NCBI GenBank assembly: GCA_949358305.1
Contig: OX442314.1
Location: 992,001 to 1,056,000 of the forward strand
Length of the DNA: 64,000 bases
From: Strigamia acuminata
Taxonomy: Eukaryota
Direction of reading: 5' to 3'
This document shows positions 1 through 10,901 of the stretch, one piece after another (the stretch's first letter is position 1; each line of letters opens with the position of its first letter). The notes under the pieces were generated by a model. The model saw only the letters and a program-made list of their open reading frames with translations, searched no databases and was not told the DNA's origin. The position numbers and the translations under genes were made by a program.

Positions 1-143
1 ACTACTTTCAGTAAAGACTGCAGGTGTTAAGAATTGCTTAGAAGTGTTTTCAATTTCATAGTATTTAGGCCAATAATAGCTAATTTCTATTATGTGAGGC
101 AATTAGCTGCAGATGTTCAATTGATTGTTTTTCCTTTGTTCAC

Positions 144-178
144 TATATAAGCTCGCAATCTCACATTGAAACTTCAGT
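144..178 (+). promoter_or_regulatory. Core promoter of host repeat-protein gene (TATA box plus arthropod-type initiator)
   Basis: TATATAA at 144-150 and TCAGT at 174-178 are about 30 bp apart, and the ATG follows at 197. Confidence 0.7.
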
Positions 179-1089
179 CTTCAGTCGATTAGACGAATGA
201 AGATGTTTCTCCAAAGAGAGAGACATACTTGGCTGTTCGTGGTCTTGCAGCTTTCAGGTAACTTTTTCAGTTTGGAACAGAGAAAACTTGTTGTTTGACG
301 TTGTAGTCACTGTAACCTTAGTAGAAAAATACTTTGAAATAATAATAAATCATGATTCATACATTTATTTCAGTTATTGGATTGATATCATCGTACAACT
401 TGATTCCAAAACACTTCAATGATGTAAATAAGGCTTTGCACCATGTAGTTGGGCATGTACAACATCGAATTCCTTCAGCAACCACAACTCACAGTGGAAC
501 ATATTCCACTTCATCGTTTTCTGGTGGAACGTCTTGGAGTGGATCTTCTTCGAGTGGATCATCGTCTGGTGGATCTTCTTCTAGTGGATCATCTTCTGGT
601 GGATCATCTTCTAGTGGATCATCTTCCAGTGGAACTTCTAGTAGATCATCTTCTAGTCAAAATGTTGAATATTACACTGTTGATCTGCAGTTTGTTCAAC
701 TGATTCAAGAAGTTAGAGCCTCAACTAAAGCGGTTAAGGTCCATGCTCAAAGACATCAAGATGGCCTCTACAAACTGACTTTAACCACTGACAAAGGAAC
801 AAAAACATATGACAAAATATCAAAAGCCACATTTGACTTGTTTGCCAAATTACTTAAAAATCCAAGGTTGCAAATCAAAGAAGTTGGAAAAGTTGGGTCA
901 AAAGTAAAAATTGCTGTTTCTCCTGAACCACCAAAACCAACAAATATTTTTAAAATAAAACCCCAACTTTTAGATGCAGTCAATAGAATAAGAAAGGGAG
1001 GTTATTCAATTCAAATATCAACAAAGGGCAATAAGTACACAATAACTGTGACTAATAAGTCAAGCGGAAAAAAAGAAACATATGCTGAT

Positions 1090-1184
1090 TGTTGTAGTAA
1101 AATATGAGATCTATGAATACGCATTTAAGATGCAATTCTTGATTTCTACCTCAAGGAGGGATTTAAAGGGATGAAGGAGGAAAT
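1090..1184 (+). repeat. Polinton left terminal inverted repeat (95 bp)
   Basis: TGTTGTAGTAAAATATGAG...GGAGGAAAT is the exact reverse complement of 27595-27689. Confidence 0.97.
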
Positions 1185-1618
1185 CACTCGAGGCAAGGCC
1201 ATGGGAAAGTGCATTAAATTATTCTGCTGTTTGAATTAAAGAGTTTTAAAAGGAAGTAGGTCATTGACTTCACCTGCTTCTATCACAACTGGTTTTTTTG
1301 GAACGTTTCATTTTACTGGAGGGAAAATGAATAAATGACGTGATTTGTTTACATGTACTTTGTTGGCAAAATCACACATATTAACCATTTTTAGGAAAGT
1401 GGGAGGTAATTAAAGTGAAAGTGGGGGTAAATCGTATGGACTTCCAATGACAGTGGGCAACATTTGCCATTGTTTAAAGTTTTCTGAGGGTATTGGAAGT
1501 GGGGGTTACGGCAAAATTAAAAGTGGGGGTAATTTTAAACGGTTTGTCTCGAGATGGTGAGTCGAATGCTATATTGCACGTATGGGTCAGGGTGTTTGAT
1601 CACATGTTGAATCTGCAC

Positions 1619-2039
1619 TTGGTGAAATTTTGGCTATGTCCAACACGCTTCATTGGTGAAATTTTGGCTATGTCCAACACGCTTTGTTGGTGAAATTTGG
1701 CTATGTCCAACACGCTTCGTTGGTGATATTTTGACTATGTTCCACAAGCTTGGTTTGATATTTCGGCTATGTTCCACAAGCTTGGTTTGATATTTTGACT
1801 ATGTTCCACAAGCTTGGTTTGATATTTCGGCTATGTTCCACAAGCTTGGTTTGATATTTTGACTATGTTCCACAAGCTTGGTTTGATATTTCGGCTATGT
1901 TCCACAAGCTTGGTTTGATATTTTGACTATGTTCCACAAGCTTGGTTTGATATTTTGACTATGTTCCACAAGCTTGGTTTGATATTCCGGCTATGTCCAT
2001 CACGCTTGGTTCGATATTTTGACTAAGTTCCACAAGCTT
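1619..2039 (+). repeat. Subterminal tandem repeat, ~32-33 bp unit, ~13 copies
   Basis: Unit GATATTTTGACTATGTTCCACAAGCTTGGTTT and its variants occur head to tail. Confidence 0.9.
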
Positions 2040-2111
2040 CTGTATTTATATTTGTACTTATTTCTTATTTCATGTATTTATATTTGCAATTATTTCTTAT
2101 TTTAATTAAAA

Positions 2112-2309
2112 TTCAATTCATTTGTAAATAAATGTATTAAGATTTTTTAATAAAAAAGTCAATTGAAATGTTTAATAGGAAATGTAAAATGTCTAATTCA
2201 TTTCATTTACAAATAAATGTATTAAGAATTTTTACATTTCCTATTAAACATTTCAATTGACTTTTTTATTAAAAAATCTTAATACATTTATCTGCAAATA
2301 AATTGAATT
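2112..2309. repeat. AT-rich inverted repeat (arms ~75 bp) related to the right-end 64-bp array
   Basis: 2112-2188 is complementary to ~2232-2309. The motif AATTGAATTACACATT is shared with 27128-27400. Confidence 0.7.
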
Positions 2310-3302
2310 ACACATTTTACATTTCCTATTAAACATGCATTAAATTATCTTTATTTGACCTAAAAACAATTTCATTTTAAATAAAAATTCAATTGCCCCT
2401 GGGGAAATTTTTTTTATTCACAAATGAAATGTGACCTAGTTGAAAGACCAGTTTAATTGCAAAAGAGTTGAAATGTATTAACACAATTTAAAATGAGAAT
2501 TCATTTGATTTTTTTGTCCTGTGTGTTGTTATTAATTCCTTATTTTAATTCTATTTACAAAAAAAATAAAACTTATTTTTAAATAAGAAAAAGTTAATTG
2601 AAAGAAAGTTTTTATTTGTTAATAGATATTAAAGTTGGAATTTATTAAACCAATTTAAAAATGAAATGGAATTAGAATTAAAACTAACCATTAGAAAAAA
2701 TCAAATGAATTCTCATTTGATTCTTTTTAATTCCATTTTAACTTTTATAATTAATAATTTTCATTTACAAATAAAAATTTTATTCCTTCTAAGTAATGGA
2801 ACTTTCCAAAACCAGCTGTGTTAAAAGTAAGCCATGTGACAGCATGTAATATATCTTGTAGGAAAAACGGATATGTGATCAAACAAACAAATTGATAAAC
2901 ATTTATCAAAACAAAAAAAAAACAAAAAAAAAATGTTAAACAGTCGAATAAAAATATTTTTTTCCTCACCAGCAATTAAATTTCCCCCCCCCGAAGGCTT
3001 TTGGTCTTTAAAAACAAAAATAGCCTTTAGAGATTTTTTTTAATGAGTCAGAAAAAACAGGTTTTCAAAGTGACTCAATCAGAAATAAATGAATAATAAA
3101 TTGTAAAGAAAAATAATTTTATTCAGCTTTTAATTAAAAATTCTTTTACACATTTTATTTGTTTTTCAAAATTTTTTTTTTACATTGACAAACGAGTTAG
3201 CAGAACAGAGGGCACTGCAATGATTACATACGTCACAATTAAACAAGACACTGTTAAATGAATGGCGTAAGAATGCTCTAGTATGTTCATAAAACTCCAT
3301 TT

Positions 3303-3596
3303 TTATAAACATTCCTTCTCTTCATCAAAAAAATCTATATCCTTAATTTTCTTGCCCGGAATAATTTGATACAACTGCCTTATGTGTACTCTTGTTTCTG
3401 AGTTGAGAGAATCATGTATTATTCTTGCTCTTCTTTTTATTATTTTGCTTAGTTCAGGAAATTGTCCATCAATGCGAAATACAAATGCAAAATTATTTAT
3501 ATCTGTAATTTCAGCCCCCCATCTACTTATAAGTTCAAAGATTATTTGCAGTAATATTTTCTCACTTTTTTCATAAGTTGCACAAAAAAATTCCAT
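3303..3596 (-). CDS. Polinton hypothetical protein (97 aa)
   Basis: ATG-initiated ORF with protein-like composition inside AT-rich flanks; no recognisable motif. Confidence 0.5.
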   Translation of the reverse strand: MEFFCATYEKSEKILLQIIFELISRWGAEITDINNFAFVFRIDGQFPELSKIIKRRARIIHDSLNSETRVHIRQLYQIIPGKKIKDIDFFDEEKECL

Positions 3597-3996
3597 GTTA
3601 TTCAGCTGAGAAATAATTTATTTTTAATTGAAAATTTAATTAAAATGATGTTTACATACTATATTTTTAATTTATTTTTAATTGAAAATTTAATTAAAAG
3701 CAATTTTATTTATATTTTTAAAAATTTATTTATTTATTATGCATTGCCGGATGAGTCACGCTGCTTTAATATAATTACATGGTCACGTGTTTTGAATTAA
3801 ATCAGGTGTTTATTCACATATTCATTTTTATTTCCAGATTTAATATGTGAAATATAATTTGTAATTACACCCAATTAATCAAAAGACTATTTCCTTATTC
3901 AGAGAAAAAACAGTAAAACTAACAATATAAATATTATTTTAAAAACTTGTGATAATTAATTACATAATGCCGCATTATATATATATAGAGTAGCAT

Positions 3997-4278
3997 TTAG
4001 CCGAATAAATGACTTATTTCAGCCAATTCCTGGATTTCGGCGATAGTTACATTGTCGTGTATGTATTTGACGTGTTCAATATTCTCACTGGAAAATCTAC
4101 CAAGTTTCTCCACCAGAGTTTGAATCTTGATCTGAAATGCCGGTCGCCACAAAAGTAACGAATCGGTTCTCTGATCTATTGAGCCTCCATAATTAACCAA
4201 AAGGAATAATGATAAATGTTTCAAAATTATTTTCCTTTCATCGGTAGTTTTGTTCTGTTGGAGTTCAAAGAGATACAT
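3997..4278 (-). CDS. Polinton hypothetical protein (~93 aa from the ATG at 4278)
   Basis: ORF preceded on the minus strand by a TATA box (~4330-4339) and an initiator-like ATTCACTT. Confidence 0.5.
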   Translation of the reverse strand: MYLFELQQNKTTDERKIILKHLSLFLLVNYGGSIDQRTDSLLLWRPAFQIKIQTLVEKLGRFSSENIEHVKYIHDNVTIAEIQELAEISHLFG

Positions 4279-4513
4279 TTTAATTCTTTTCTTTCTCAAA
4301 TTGAAGTGAATATAATAATGTTGCTTTTTTTTATATATAGAAAATTTTTGTTATGGTTTCATTTTTGATTTGATACGGACTTTAACACATGCCCGTGCTT
4401 GTTTGCAGACTTTCCGTAAGGTTTTGTGCGAATCTTTGTTGATTTCAAATTAGGATCGTTTTAACTTCTTAAATAATTTCATTTTTTTGTGAAAAATGGA
4501 AATTGGGTTTACT

Positions 4514-4933
4514 TTACAACAACTCGAGATTATTCATTCCTCGAATGATTTTAATGATTGTATTCTGCCTGAGATTAAGATTGGCTGCTAAATAGAGCGC
4601 AAAGAGGCAAAACATCCCGCAAGAATCCTCTTTTGTCAACGAATACACTTCTTTTGTAGCATAATCTAGGGTAACGTCTCTTCCGACAAAATCAATGATC
4701 TCTTTAGGTGGAACGTTTCCCAAATTATCGAAGTATATGCCTCTGTCATTGCAAAGATACAAGCTGACCCAATGGGTACCACCACCCGTCGATGGGTCTA
4801 AATTGATGACGAAGCTTTCATTCTTGCCCCGGTGATTCGCGAGCGGTTTCAAGCAATCGATGGGCAACACGTTGTTGAAGTGAGCGATACGTAGTTTATT
4901 CTTCGCCCAGTTGTAAATTTCCATGTTATTCAT
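4514..4933 (-). CDS. Adenain-like cysteine protease, copy 1
   Basis: Motifs VINLD-GTHWV (His), YFDNLG (Asp) and SCGMFCL (Cys). ATGA overlap with the integrase stop codon. Confidence 0.88.
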   Translation of the reverse strand: MNNMEIYNWAKNKLRIAHFNNVLPIDCLKPLANHRGKNESFVINLDPSTGGGTHWVSLYLCNDRGIYFDNLGNVPPKEIIDFVGRDVTLDYATKEVYSLTKEDSCGMFCLFALYLAANLNLRQNTIIKIIRGMNNLELL

Positions 4934-6177
4934 TTTTTAATGTCGATGAGATCATCCACCCATGAATTATGCTTCTGATCGTAGCCGACCCATTTCACTA
5001 GGTACTTCCATGATCCATCGCTGTTTTTCTTTTTTCTAATGACTTTCTCGATCAAGTAGGGATCATCTACCCTGGTTTCAGTTTTTTGGAGTTCTTCACG
5101 GTAAAAGGAACCTTCGATCGATTCTCCCAAACTGTCTTTCAATTTGAAAATTGGAGGTTCATACGTCGTGTCCACTTTATCAATTGTAAAGATTTCATTA
5201 GTCCAATTTTGCAAAAACCCTTTGTCAAATATGGATTTGGATTTGGAAATACGCACTCGGTCGCCCACTTTGAATTTAGGCTTGGACGTTGCTGGTTCGG
5301 AAAGTAATTTTAGTCTGAGCGCCTTTTCATGTTTGGGAGCCACATCTTTGGGTTTCATGTTGGTCGTACGGTGAACCGAAGAGTTATAACGGGTCATCAA
5401 TTGGGGTAAGATAGTAATCCAATTCCTCGAACCTTTCAAAGTAAAATGCCTGTACATGCGCTCTTTGAGCGTGCGATTGAACCGCTCGACCATGCTCGCT
5501 TTCAACGGCGAGTGTGTGGAAAAATGGTTGATGTTGAACTTTTTGACCAGTGCCTTGAAATGGGAATTGTAGAATTCTTTCCCCCAATCGGATGCCATGT
5601 TGACCGGCCCCTTATTCCCTGCTTTGACAAGCACCTTTTCAAATGCAGCGGTTACGTCTTTGCCAGTCTTTGATTTGATGGGAACCGCATACGCATATTT
5701 AGAGAACGCATCTATAACCGTTAATAAGTATTTATAACCTTTGTTTACACGGGAAAAAGGTATCAATTCGAATAAATCGATCTGCCATAAGTCGTTGATT
5801 GCAAAAGATACGACCGGACGTCTGACGTAATGCCTACATGCCGGCTTATGTAATTCAGATACCAGTTGTTCTATGTCGGGCATTTTTTTTTTTTTTTTTA
5901 GTCCCATTCCCAGTTTAAGTTTGGTATTGAACGTTGCTTTGATTGCTTTGGCGGCTAATTTTGTGCTTAAACTGACTGTTGGATCGGAGATGATTAAAAC
6001 ACATGCTTCGACCAACTTTCTGTCTGCTTCGTGTCTGGCTTCTAAGTTCTCATTTATGTAAGCAATGTCGTGCAGCTTGCACGCTTCATCTAATGGGTTT
6101 ATGCCTTTATCACCTCTAGCTAAACGCTTATCTAATTTTGTGCCTGGGCCGCAATAATTGTACCCAGGGATATGCAT
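4930..6177 (-). CDS. Parvovirus-type PLA2 domain fused to RVE integrase with C-terminal chromodomain
   Basis: PLA2: IPGYNYCGPG...LDEACKLHDIAY. DDE triad: WQIDL / ASDWGKEF / MVERFNRTLK. Chromodomain: YLIEKV...YLVKWVGYDQKHNSWV. Confidence 0.93.
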   Translation of the reverse strand: MHIPGYNYCGPGTKLDKRLARGDKGINPLDEACKLHDIAYINENLEARHEADRKLVEACVLIISDPTVSLSTKLAAKAIKATFNTKLKLGMGLKKKKKMPDIEQLVSELHKPACRHYVRRPVVSFAINDLWQIDLFELIPFSRVNKGYKYLLTVIDAFSKYAYAVPIKSKTGKDVTAAFEKVLVKAGNKGPVNMASDWGKEFYNSHFKALVKKFNINHFSTHSPLKASMVERFNRTLKERMYRHFTLKGSRNWITILPQLMTRYNSSVHRTTNMKPKDVAPKHEKALRLKLLSEPATSKPKFKVGDRVRISKSKSIFDKGFLQNWTNEIFTIDKVDTTYEPPIFKLKDSLGESIEGSFYREELQKTETRVDDPYLIEKVIRKKKNSDGSWKYLVKWVGYDQKHNSWVDDLIDIKK

Positions 6178-6407
6178 TTCTACCGGGTAATTTATTGATT
6201 AGTTTATTCAAAAGTCCTTTTCCGGTTGCTGGAGATTTTTTTTTTTTATGAACTGATATTTCAAGGTCCCGCATGCCAAGCATTTACCTCTTTTGTAGGC
6301 TCTGTTGTTCTTAGTGACTCCCGTTTCCAACGTGCCGGTAGGAGTAGACTTTCGGCATTTAACGCAAAACATGTTTGTCTTCTTTTTTTATTACGGGAAT
6401 ATAAAAA

Positions 6408-7085
6408 ATGAATGTCATAAATTTTGACACGGGGCGTTTGGATAAATGTGATAAGTCGATTCTGCCAAAAAACATAAGATGCATCATGTGTGGCCCGGCT
6501 GAATGTGGGAAAACGAATCTGTTGCTAAACTTCCTGCACTGGTTACGATTTGACAAGCTGATGGTGTTTTCTAAAACTTTATTTCAACCAAAATACGAGC
6601 GGTTAAGAGAGTTGTTCGAGGATCTAGAATCGGAATTGGGCGAACAGGTAGCTCATTTCTTCCCGAGCAACGAAGATGTGCCGTCTCCCGAACAACTTTT
6701 TGATAAATCCGTGAACAAGTCTATTTTTGTGTTTGACGATGTGATGACCGACAAGCAACATAATATTGAGAAATATTTTGCCCAGGGCCGTCATAGTAAC
6801 GTAGACTCTTTTTACTTGTGTCAGACTTATAGCCGGATCCCAAAACAGGTGATAAGAGACAATGCCAATTTAATAATCATGTTCAGACAAGACGAAAGAA
6901 ACATGAAACACGTTTTTGACAACCATGTTGGAACGGACATGACGTACGTTCGATTCAGAGACATGTGTAAGTCGTGTTGGGACGATGATACGTTTGGCTT
7001 TCTCACGATAGACAAGACCAAGTCTATGTCGAGCGGGAGATATAAAAATAAATTTTCCCCATTTTTAAAAAATGAACATGAATAA
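6408..7085 (+). CDS. A32/FtsK-like genome packaging ATPase
   Basis: Walker A GPAECGKT, Walker B FVFDD, and GRH and YLCQ motifs. Confidence 0.93.
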   Translation: MNVINFDTGRLDKCDKSILPKNIRCIMCGPAECGKTNLLLNFLHWLRFDKLMVFSKTLFQPKYERLRELFEDLESELGEQVAHFFPSNEDVPSPEQLFDKSVNKSIFVFDDVMTDKQHNIEKYFAQGRHSNVDSFYLCQTYSRIPKQVIRDNANLIIMFRQDERNMKHVFDNHVGTDMTYVRFRDMCKSCWDDDTFGFLTIDKTKSMSSGRYKNKFSPFLKNEHE

Positions 7086-8205
7086 ACAACAGCGTGGAAA
7101 TTACGAGAAATTAAAACAGAGCTTGGAAAAAAAGTTTCTGCAAGATAAGTTAAACAGAGGATCCGAAGATGAAGCGCTCGGTGCATTCTTCAAACCGGTT
7201 ACTACAGCATTGCATAGCCTGCCGCAGCAGCAGCAAGTATCTCCACCCCAACCCATGTCTTTCAAACCGTCACCTTCCACTACCGTTAAAAGCGAGCCTA
7301 AGAAGACAATGTCAAAAATGGATATAGAGACACCCGTCAGAAATTGGGAAAATGCATCCATTAAAAGACAGTTCTTACGCCAAAGCTTGTCCTCTAGTCA
7401 TCGTGGAACTCCTCAAAGTTTAGTTGATCACGATGAAGAGAACAATACATCACTTCGAAGTGTGGAAGAAGAAGAAGCAAATCTTGGTGACGATGCTGAT
7501 GCTGATGATGTTTCTGATAAATATCGCACGGAAGTACGTAGAAGTCTCGAATGGAAAAAGAAAGAAACAGATTCGGAAGACACGTATCTGCAATCTTTTA
7601 TAAGTTATTATTCTGCAAATGCGGGTAATATAGACCGTGTGTTTGGAATCAGATTTGATACTAAAGACTTAAAATTTAAAATAGGAGTCGAAGAAGTTAC
7701 ATTAATCCCGGATCATATTTCTGTAAGAAATAAAACATATAGATTCGATAAAGAATTAAAGGATTTCCTCTTGAACAAAATTCCAGCATTGGATCCATAT
7801 CAGAATCAGAAGGCATTAAATAATTATGCCGACATTCTAATCAAAACTAAAGCATTATTTAGTCGTCATGATCCAGCAACTAATAGGCCAAAATCTTCCA
7901 AAGGAGAGAAGTATCTGAAAGTGATTAAACCAATTTGGCAACACTACAAAAAACATCAAGCACAATATCTACAATCGGGCCAAGGCATTACAAAAACGTT
8001 TCGTCCGCAGAACTCCGTAGACTACAAGTATTACAACAACCCGGACGAATTAATAGACAGGCTGCGATTGTTGCATGCATCACGGGATGCTGGAAACCAG
8101 TCTCACGACAACGAAATTGTGGAAATACTTATGGAACTGAAAGAGGAAAGAATCCTCGATAAAACCAAGTTTGAAAACATGCGAAAGAAAATTCTCGCGA
8201 ATTAA
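7072..8205 (+). CDS. Conserved Polinton protein of unknown function (possible virion core protein)
   Basis: C-terminal YYNNPDELIDRLRLLHASRDAGNQSHDNEI motif, as seen in invertebrate Polintons, preceded by a GxG site (SGQGI). Lies between the ATPase and the penton. Confidence 0.75.
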   Translation: MNMNKQQRGNYEKLKQSLEKKFLQDKLNRGSEDEALGAFFKPVTTALHSLPQQQQVSPPQPMSFKPSPSTTVKSEPKKTMSKMDIETPVRNWENASIKRQFLRQSLSSSHRGTPQSLVDHDEENNTSLRSVEEEEANLGDDADADDVSDKYRTEVRRSLEWKKKETDSEDTYLQSFISYYSANAGNIDRVFGIRFDTKDLKFKIGVEEVTLIPDHISVRNKTYRFDKELKDFLLNKIPALDPYQNQKALNNYADILIKTKALFSRHDPATNRPKSSKGEKYLKVIKPIWQHYKKHQAQYLQSGQGITKTFRPQNSVDYKYYNNPDELIDRLRLLHASRDAGNQSHDNEIVEILMELKEERILDKTKFENMRKKILAN

Positions 8206-8232
8206 AAAAAAGTAATAATAATCGTGATTACC

Positions 8233-8988
8233 ATGTCTATCGTACTAAGCAGTACGAAATCGGATTTCCTCACTACTTTTAGCTCGCCTTTAATTTTGGG
8301 TGACGACGAATACGAATTGGGATTAGTGAGCCTCGAGACATTTTACACAATGCCAAATATAACCGAGGACAACAACGTGTTCAAATACTACACTGTTGAA
8401 GTAGATGTGAACGTCCCCGCTCGTATTATAGGTACGCTCAACTACGACATCATCGTTCCCGTGGGTTGTTACGAACTTGCCGACATTATCTCGTACATAC
8501 ATACCGAAATGAAATCCAGAGGACACTGGAATATGAAAGACGACGCACCTTTCATCGACATCGTGGCCAATTATAATACTCTGTCCACGACATTAGTGAT
8601 TAGCGATGCCAGTTACGGGGCCAATTTTTCGGAAAATAGAAGTATGGCTAAATTATTCGGTCTCAAAACAAAGAAATACGGTGTAGGTAGAAGCGAATCC
8701 ATTAATCCGGTGAACATTTTTCACATTAACACTATCCTGGTCCATTGTGATCTTATTACCGACTCTTATAAAAACGGGAAGACGGCTCCGATCATATACG
8801 CATTTTTTCTTAATGTCCCGCCAGGCTTCAAAATAGTAGAAATGCCGTATAACATAGTTTACTTGCCGGTGAAAAATCAATCTAAAATACACGAAGTCAG
8901 GATCTGGTTGACCGATCAAGACGATAAACCACTGAATCTGAGAGGAGAAATTTTTACTACACGTTTACACTTACGAAAAATAAATTAA
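8233..8988 (+). CDS. Minor capsid protein (penton, single jelly-roll)
   Basis: Motifs VHCDLITDSYKNG, VPPGFKIVEMP..YLPV and IWLTDQDDKPLNLRGE match the Polinton penton pattern. Confidence 0.88.
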   Translation: MSIVLSSTKSDFLTTFSSPLILGDDEYELGLVSLETFYTMPNITEDNNVFKYYTVEVDVNVPARIIGTLNYDIIVPVGCYELADIISYIHTEMKSRGHWNMKDDAPFIDIVANYNTLSTTLVISDASYGANFSENRSMAKLFGLKTKKYGVGRSESINPVNIFHINTILVHCDLITDSYKNGKTAPIIYAFFLNVPPGFKIVEMPYNIVYLPVKNQSKIHEVRIWLTDQDDKPLNLRGEIFTTRLHLRKIN

Positions 8989-9005
8989 AGCGTAATTAAA
9001 AAAAC

Positions 9006-9167
9006 ATGCCGTTAATTTTTAATAAGAACGTAACGGCAAGTAATACCCCCAGCACCAGCTCCAACACTGCCACTGTCAAGACACCCTCGTCGATTAGAGG
9101 TGGAAATATAAAAATTATAAAGTCTTCGATACGGCCAGATAATCGAGAATATATAAATTCTTTTTAA
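9006..9167 (+). CDS. Putative 53-aa small protein (below the ORF-track cutoff)
   Basis: ATG in an AAAACATG context directly after the penton. Translation contains IRGG|N, which fits the adenain consensus (M/I/L)xGG|x. Confidence 0.4.
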   Translation: MPLIFNKNVTASNTPSTSSNTATVKTPSSIRGGNIKIIKSSIRPDNREYINSF

Positions 9168-9372
9168 AAAAAATATATATTAAGTAATTAATTAAGTACC
9201 GTAATTCTTTTTAAAAAAAATATATATTAAGTAATTAATTAAGTAATTCTCTTTTAAAAAATATATATATATTAAGTAATTAATTAAGTAATTCTTTTTA
9301 AAAAAATATATATATTAAGTAATTAATTAAGTAATTCTTTTTAAAAAAAATATATATATTAAGTAATTAAAA
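9160..9372 (+). repeat. AT-rich ~40-45 bp tandem repeat between penton and major capsid genes
   Basis: Repeated TAATTCTTTTTAAAAAAATATATATTAAGTAATTAATTAAG units. Confidence 0.8.
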
Positions 9373-9382
9373 AATAGCGACG

Positions 9383-10702
9383 ATGCAAGTCTCCGAGAAT
9401 TATTTGGATGTCGAACAACCATTCGTCGTCGATGAATCTGTTAATGCCTACAACTACCACGAATATTATCCTATTATAGGAACTAATTTAAATAATGTGA
9501 ATTCCGAAATTCGATTAATCATTCAAAACGAAGATGTATGGACTCACCCTCATAAAAGTTACGTCTGCATAACAGGAAGATTAGTGAAAGCGGATGGTAC
9601 AGACCTTATCGCTCAAGCTGATGAACAAGACCATATAATAACGTTAGGAAATAACTTTATGCCATTTTTGTTCAGCAACATGAAATATCACATAGGTGAT
9701 AAATTAATAGACGAAATAAATTATCCGGGTTATGCTACCACTATTAAGGGCTTACTAACGTACAAACAGCTCCAAAATTCGAGCGGAAATATGGGATGGA
9801 TAGTAGATCATCACAAGGGCGAAGCATCGGATACTCTTAATCCCGCTTTTCTAGAACGTAGAATATTTTACAACATAATGCCAACGCCCAAAGGATCGTT
9901 CTCTTTGTTAGTACCGTTAACACATTTAATGGGATTTTTCGAAGACTATACGAAAATCATATATGGTGCCAAACAAGTTTTGACCTTAATGCGAACTCAC
10001 GACAACGATGCCATTTTTAAAGCGATACAGTCCGGTCCCGCCCCAAAAGTAAACACCCCCGTTGGAAAAATTATCATCGAACAGTTATATTGGTTGATGC
10101 CGCACGTCTTACCGTCCGATATCCAAAAGAATAGATTACTCACTGCCATAGATAGAGGGGTGAACGTTCCATTAGCTTTTCGACATTGGTCGTTCGAAAT
10201 GACAGACGTGCCACAAAGTAAGGAACACGCGTGGAGAGTGGTAACAACCAGCACGTCAGAAAAACCACGTTACATCATCGTGGCTTTACAAACGAATAAA
10301 AGAGACGACCAATTAAAAAATCCAGCCACATTTGATAACTGCAATGTAACGGAAGTTCATGCCTACTTAAATTCGGAACGATATCCTTATCTGGACAGTA
10401 ACAATGATTTTAAGAAAGCCAATTTCTGTAAATTCTTAGAAAGTTGCATTCAATTTAGAAAAGACTATTACGGTGCCGACGATTTACCGTTTAATACTTT
10501 CGAGTACGGAAATATATACCCGCTCATCGTAATAGATTGCACGAAACAAAGCGAAAGAATGAAAACCGGAATAATGGACGTGCAAATAAAAATGAAATTT
10601 GCGGAAACCGTTCCTGCCGACACTAAAGCCTACGCTTTGATAATAAGCGATAGACTAATGACTATGAAATTAGACAAGGGTAAAATCGAAGTATTATATT
10701 AG
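9383..10702 (+). CDS. Major capsid protein (double jelly-roll, hexon-like)
   Basis: 439 aa with EKPRYIIVALQ, LNSERYPY and PLIVIDCTKQ motifs of the Polinton MCP; consistent genomic context. Confidence 0.92.
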   Translation: MQVSENYLDVEQPFVVDESVNAYNYHEYYPIIGTNLNNVNSEIRLIIQNEDVWTHPHKSYVCITGRLVKADGTDLIAQADEQDHIITLGNNFMPFLFSNMKYHIGDKLIDEINYPGYATTIKGLLTYKQLQNSSGNMGWIVDHHKGEASDTLNPAFLERRIFYNIMPTPKGSFSLLVPLTHLMGFFEDYTKIIYGAKQVLTLMRTHDNDAIFKAIQSGPAPKVNTPVGKIIIEQLYWLMPHVLPSDIQKNRLLTAIDRGVNVPLAFRHWSFEMTDVPQSKEHAWRVVTTSTSEKPRYIIVALQTNKRDDQLKNPATFDNCNVTEVHAYLNSERYPYLDSNNDFKKANFCKFLESCIQFRKDYYGADDLPFNTFEYGNIYPLIVIDCTKQSERMKTGIMDVQIKMKFAETVPADTKAYALIISDRLMTMKLDKGKIEVLY

Positions 10703-10709
10703 ATTTTAA

Positions 10710-10890
10710 AATAATATATACGTATATAAAATATATATAAATATATATAATATATAATATATAATATATATATAATATATATATATATATAATATATATA
10801 TATATATAATATATATATAATATATATAATATATAATATATAATATATATAAATAAATATATATAAAATAATATATACGTATATAAAAAA
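10710..10890. repeat. AT low-complexity microsatellite
   Basis: Degenerate (AT)n tract. Confidence 0.9.
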
Positions 10891-10901
10891 AGAAATAAAA
10901 A

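Noticed and set aside
352..1107. Stand-alone 251-aa gene
   Set aside because: Its ATG lies in the intron and its last five codons come from the Polinton TIR. It is part of the larger host gene.
1619..2039. CRISPR-like 32-33 bp repeats in the Polinton
   Set aside because: The units are contiguous with no unique spacers, and the context is eukaryotic and viral.
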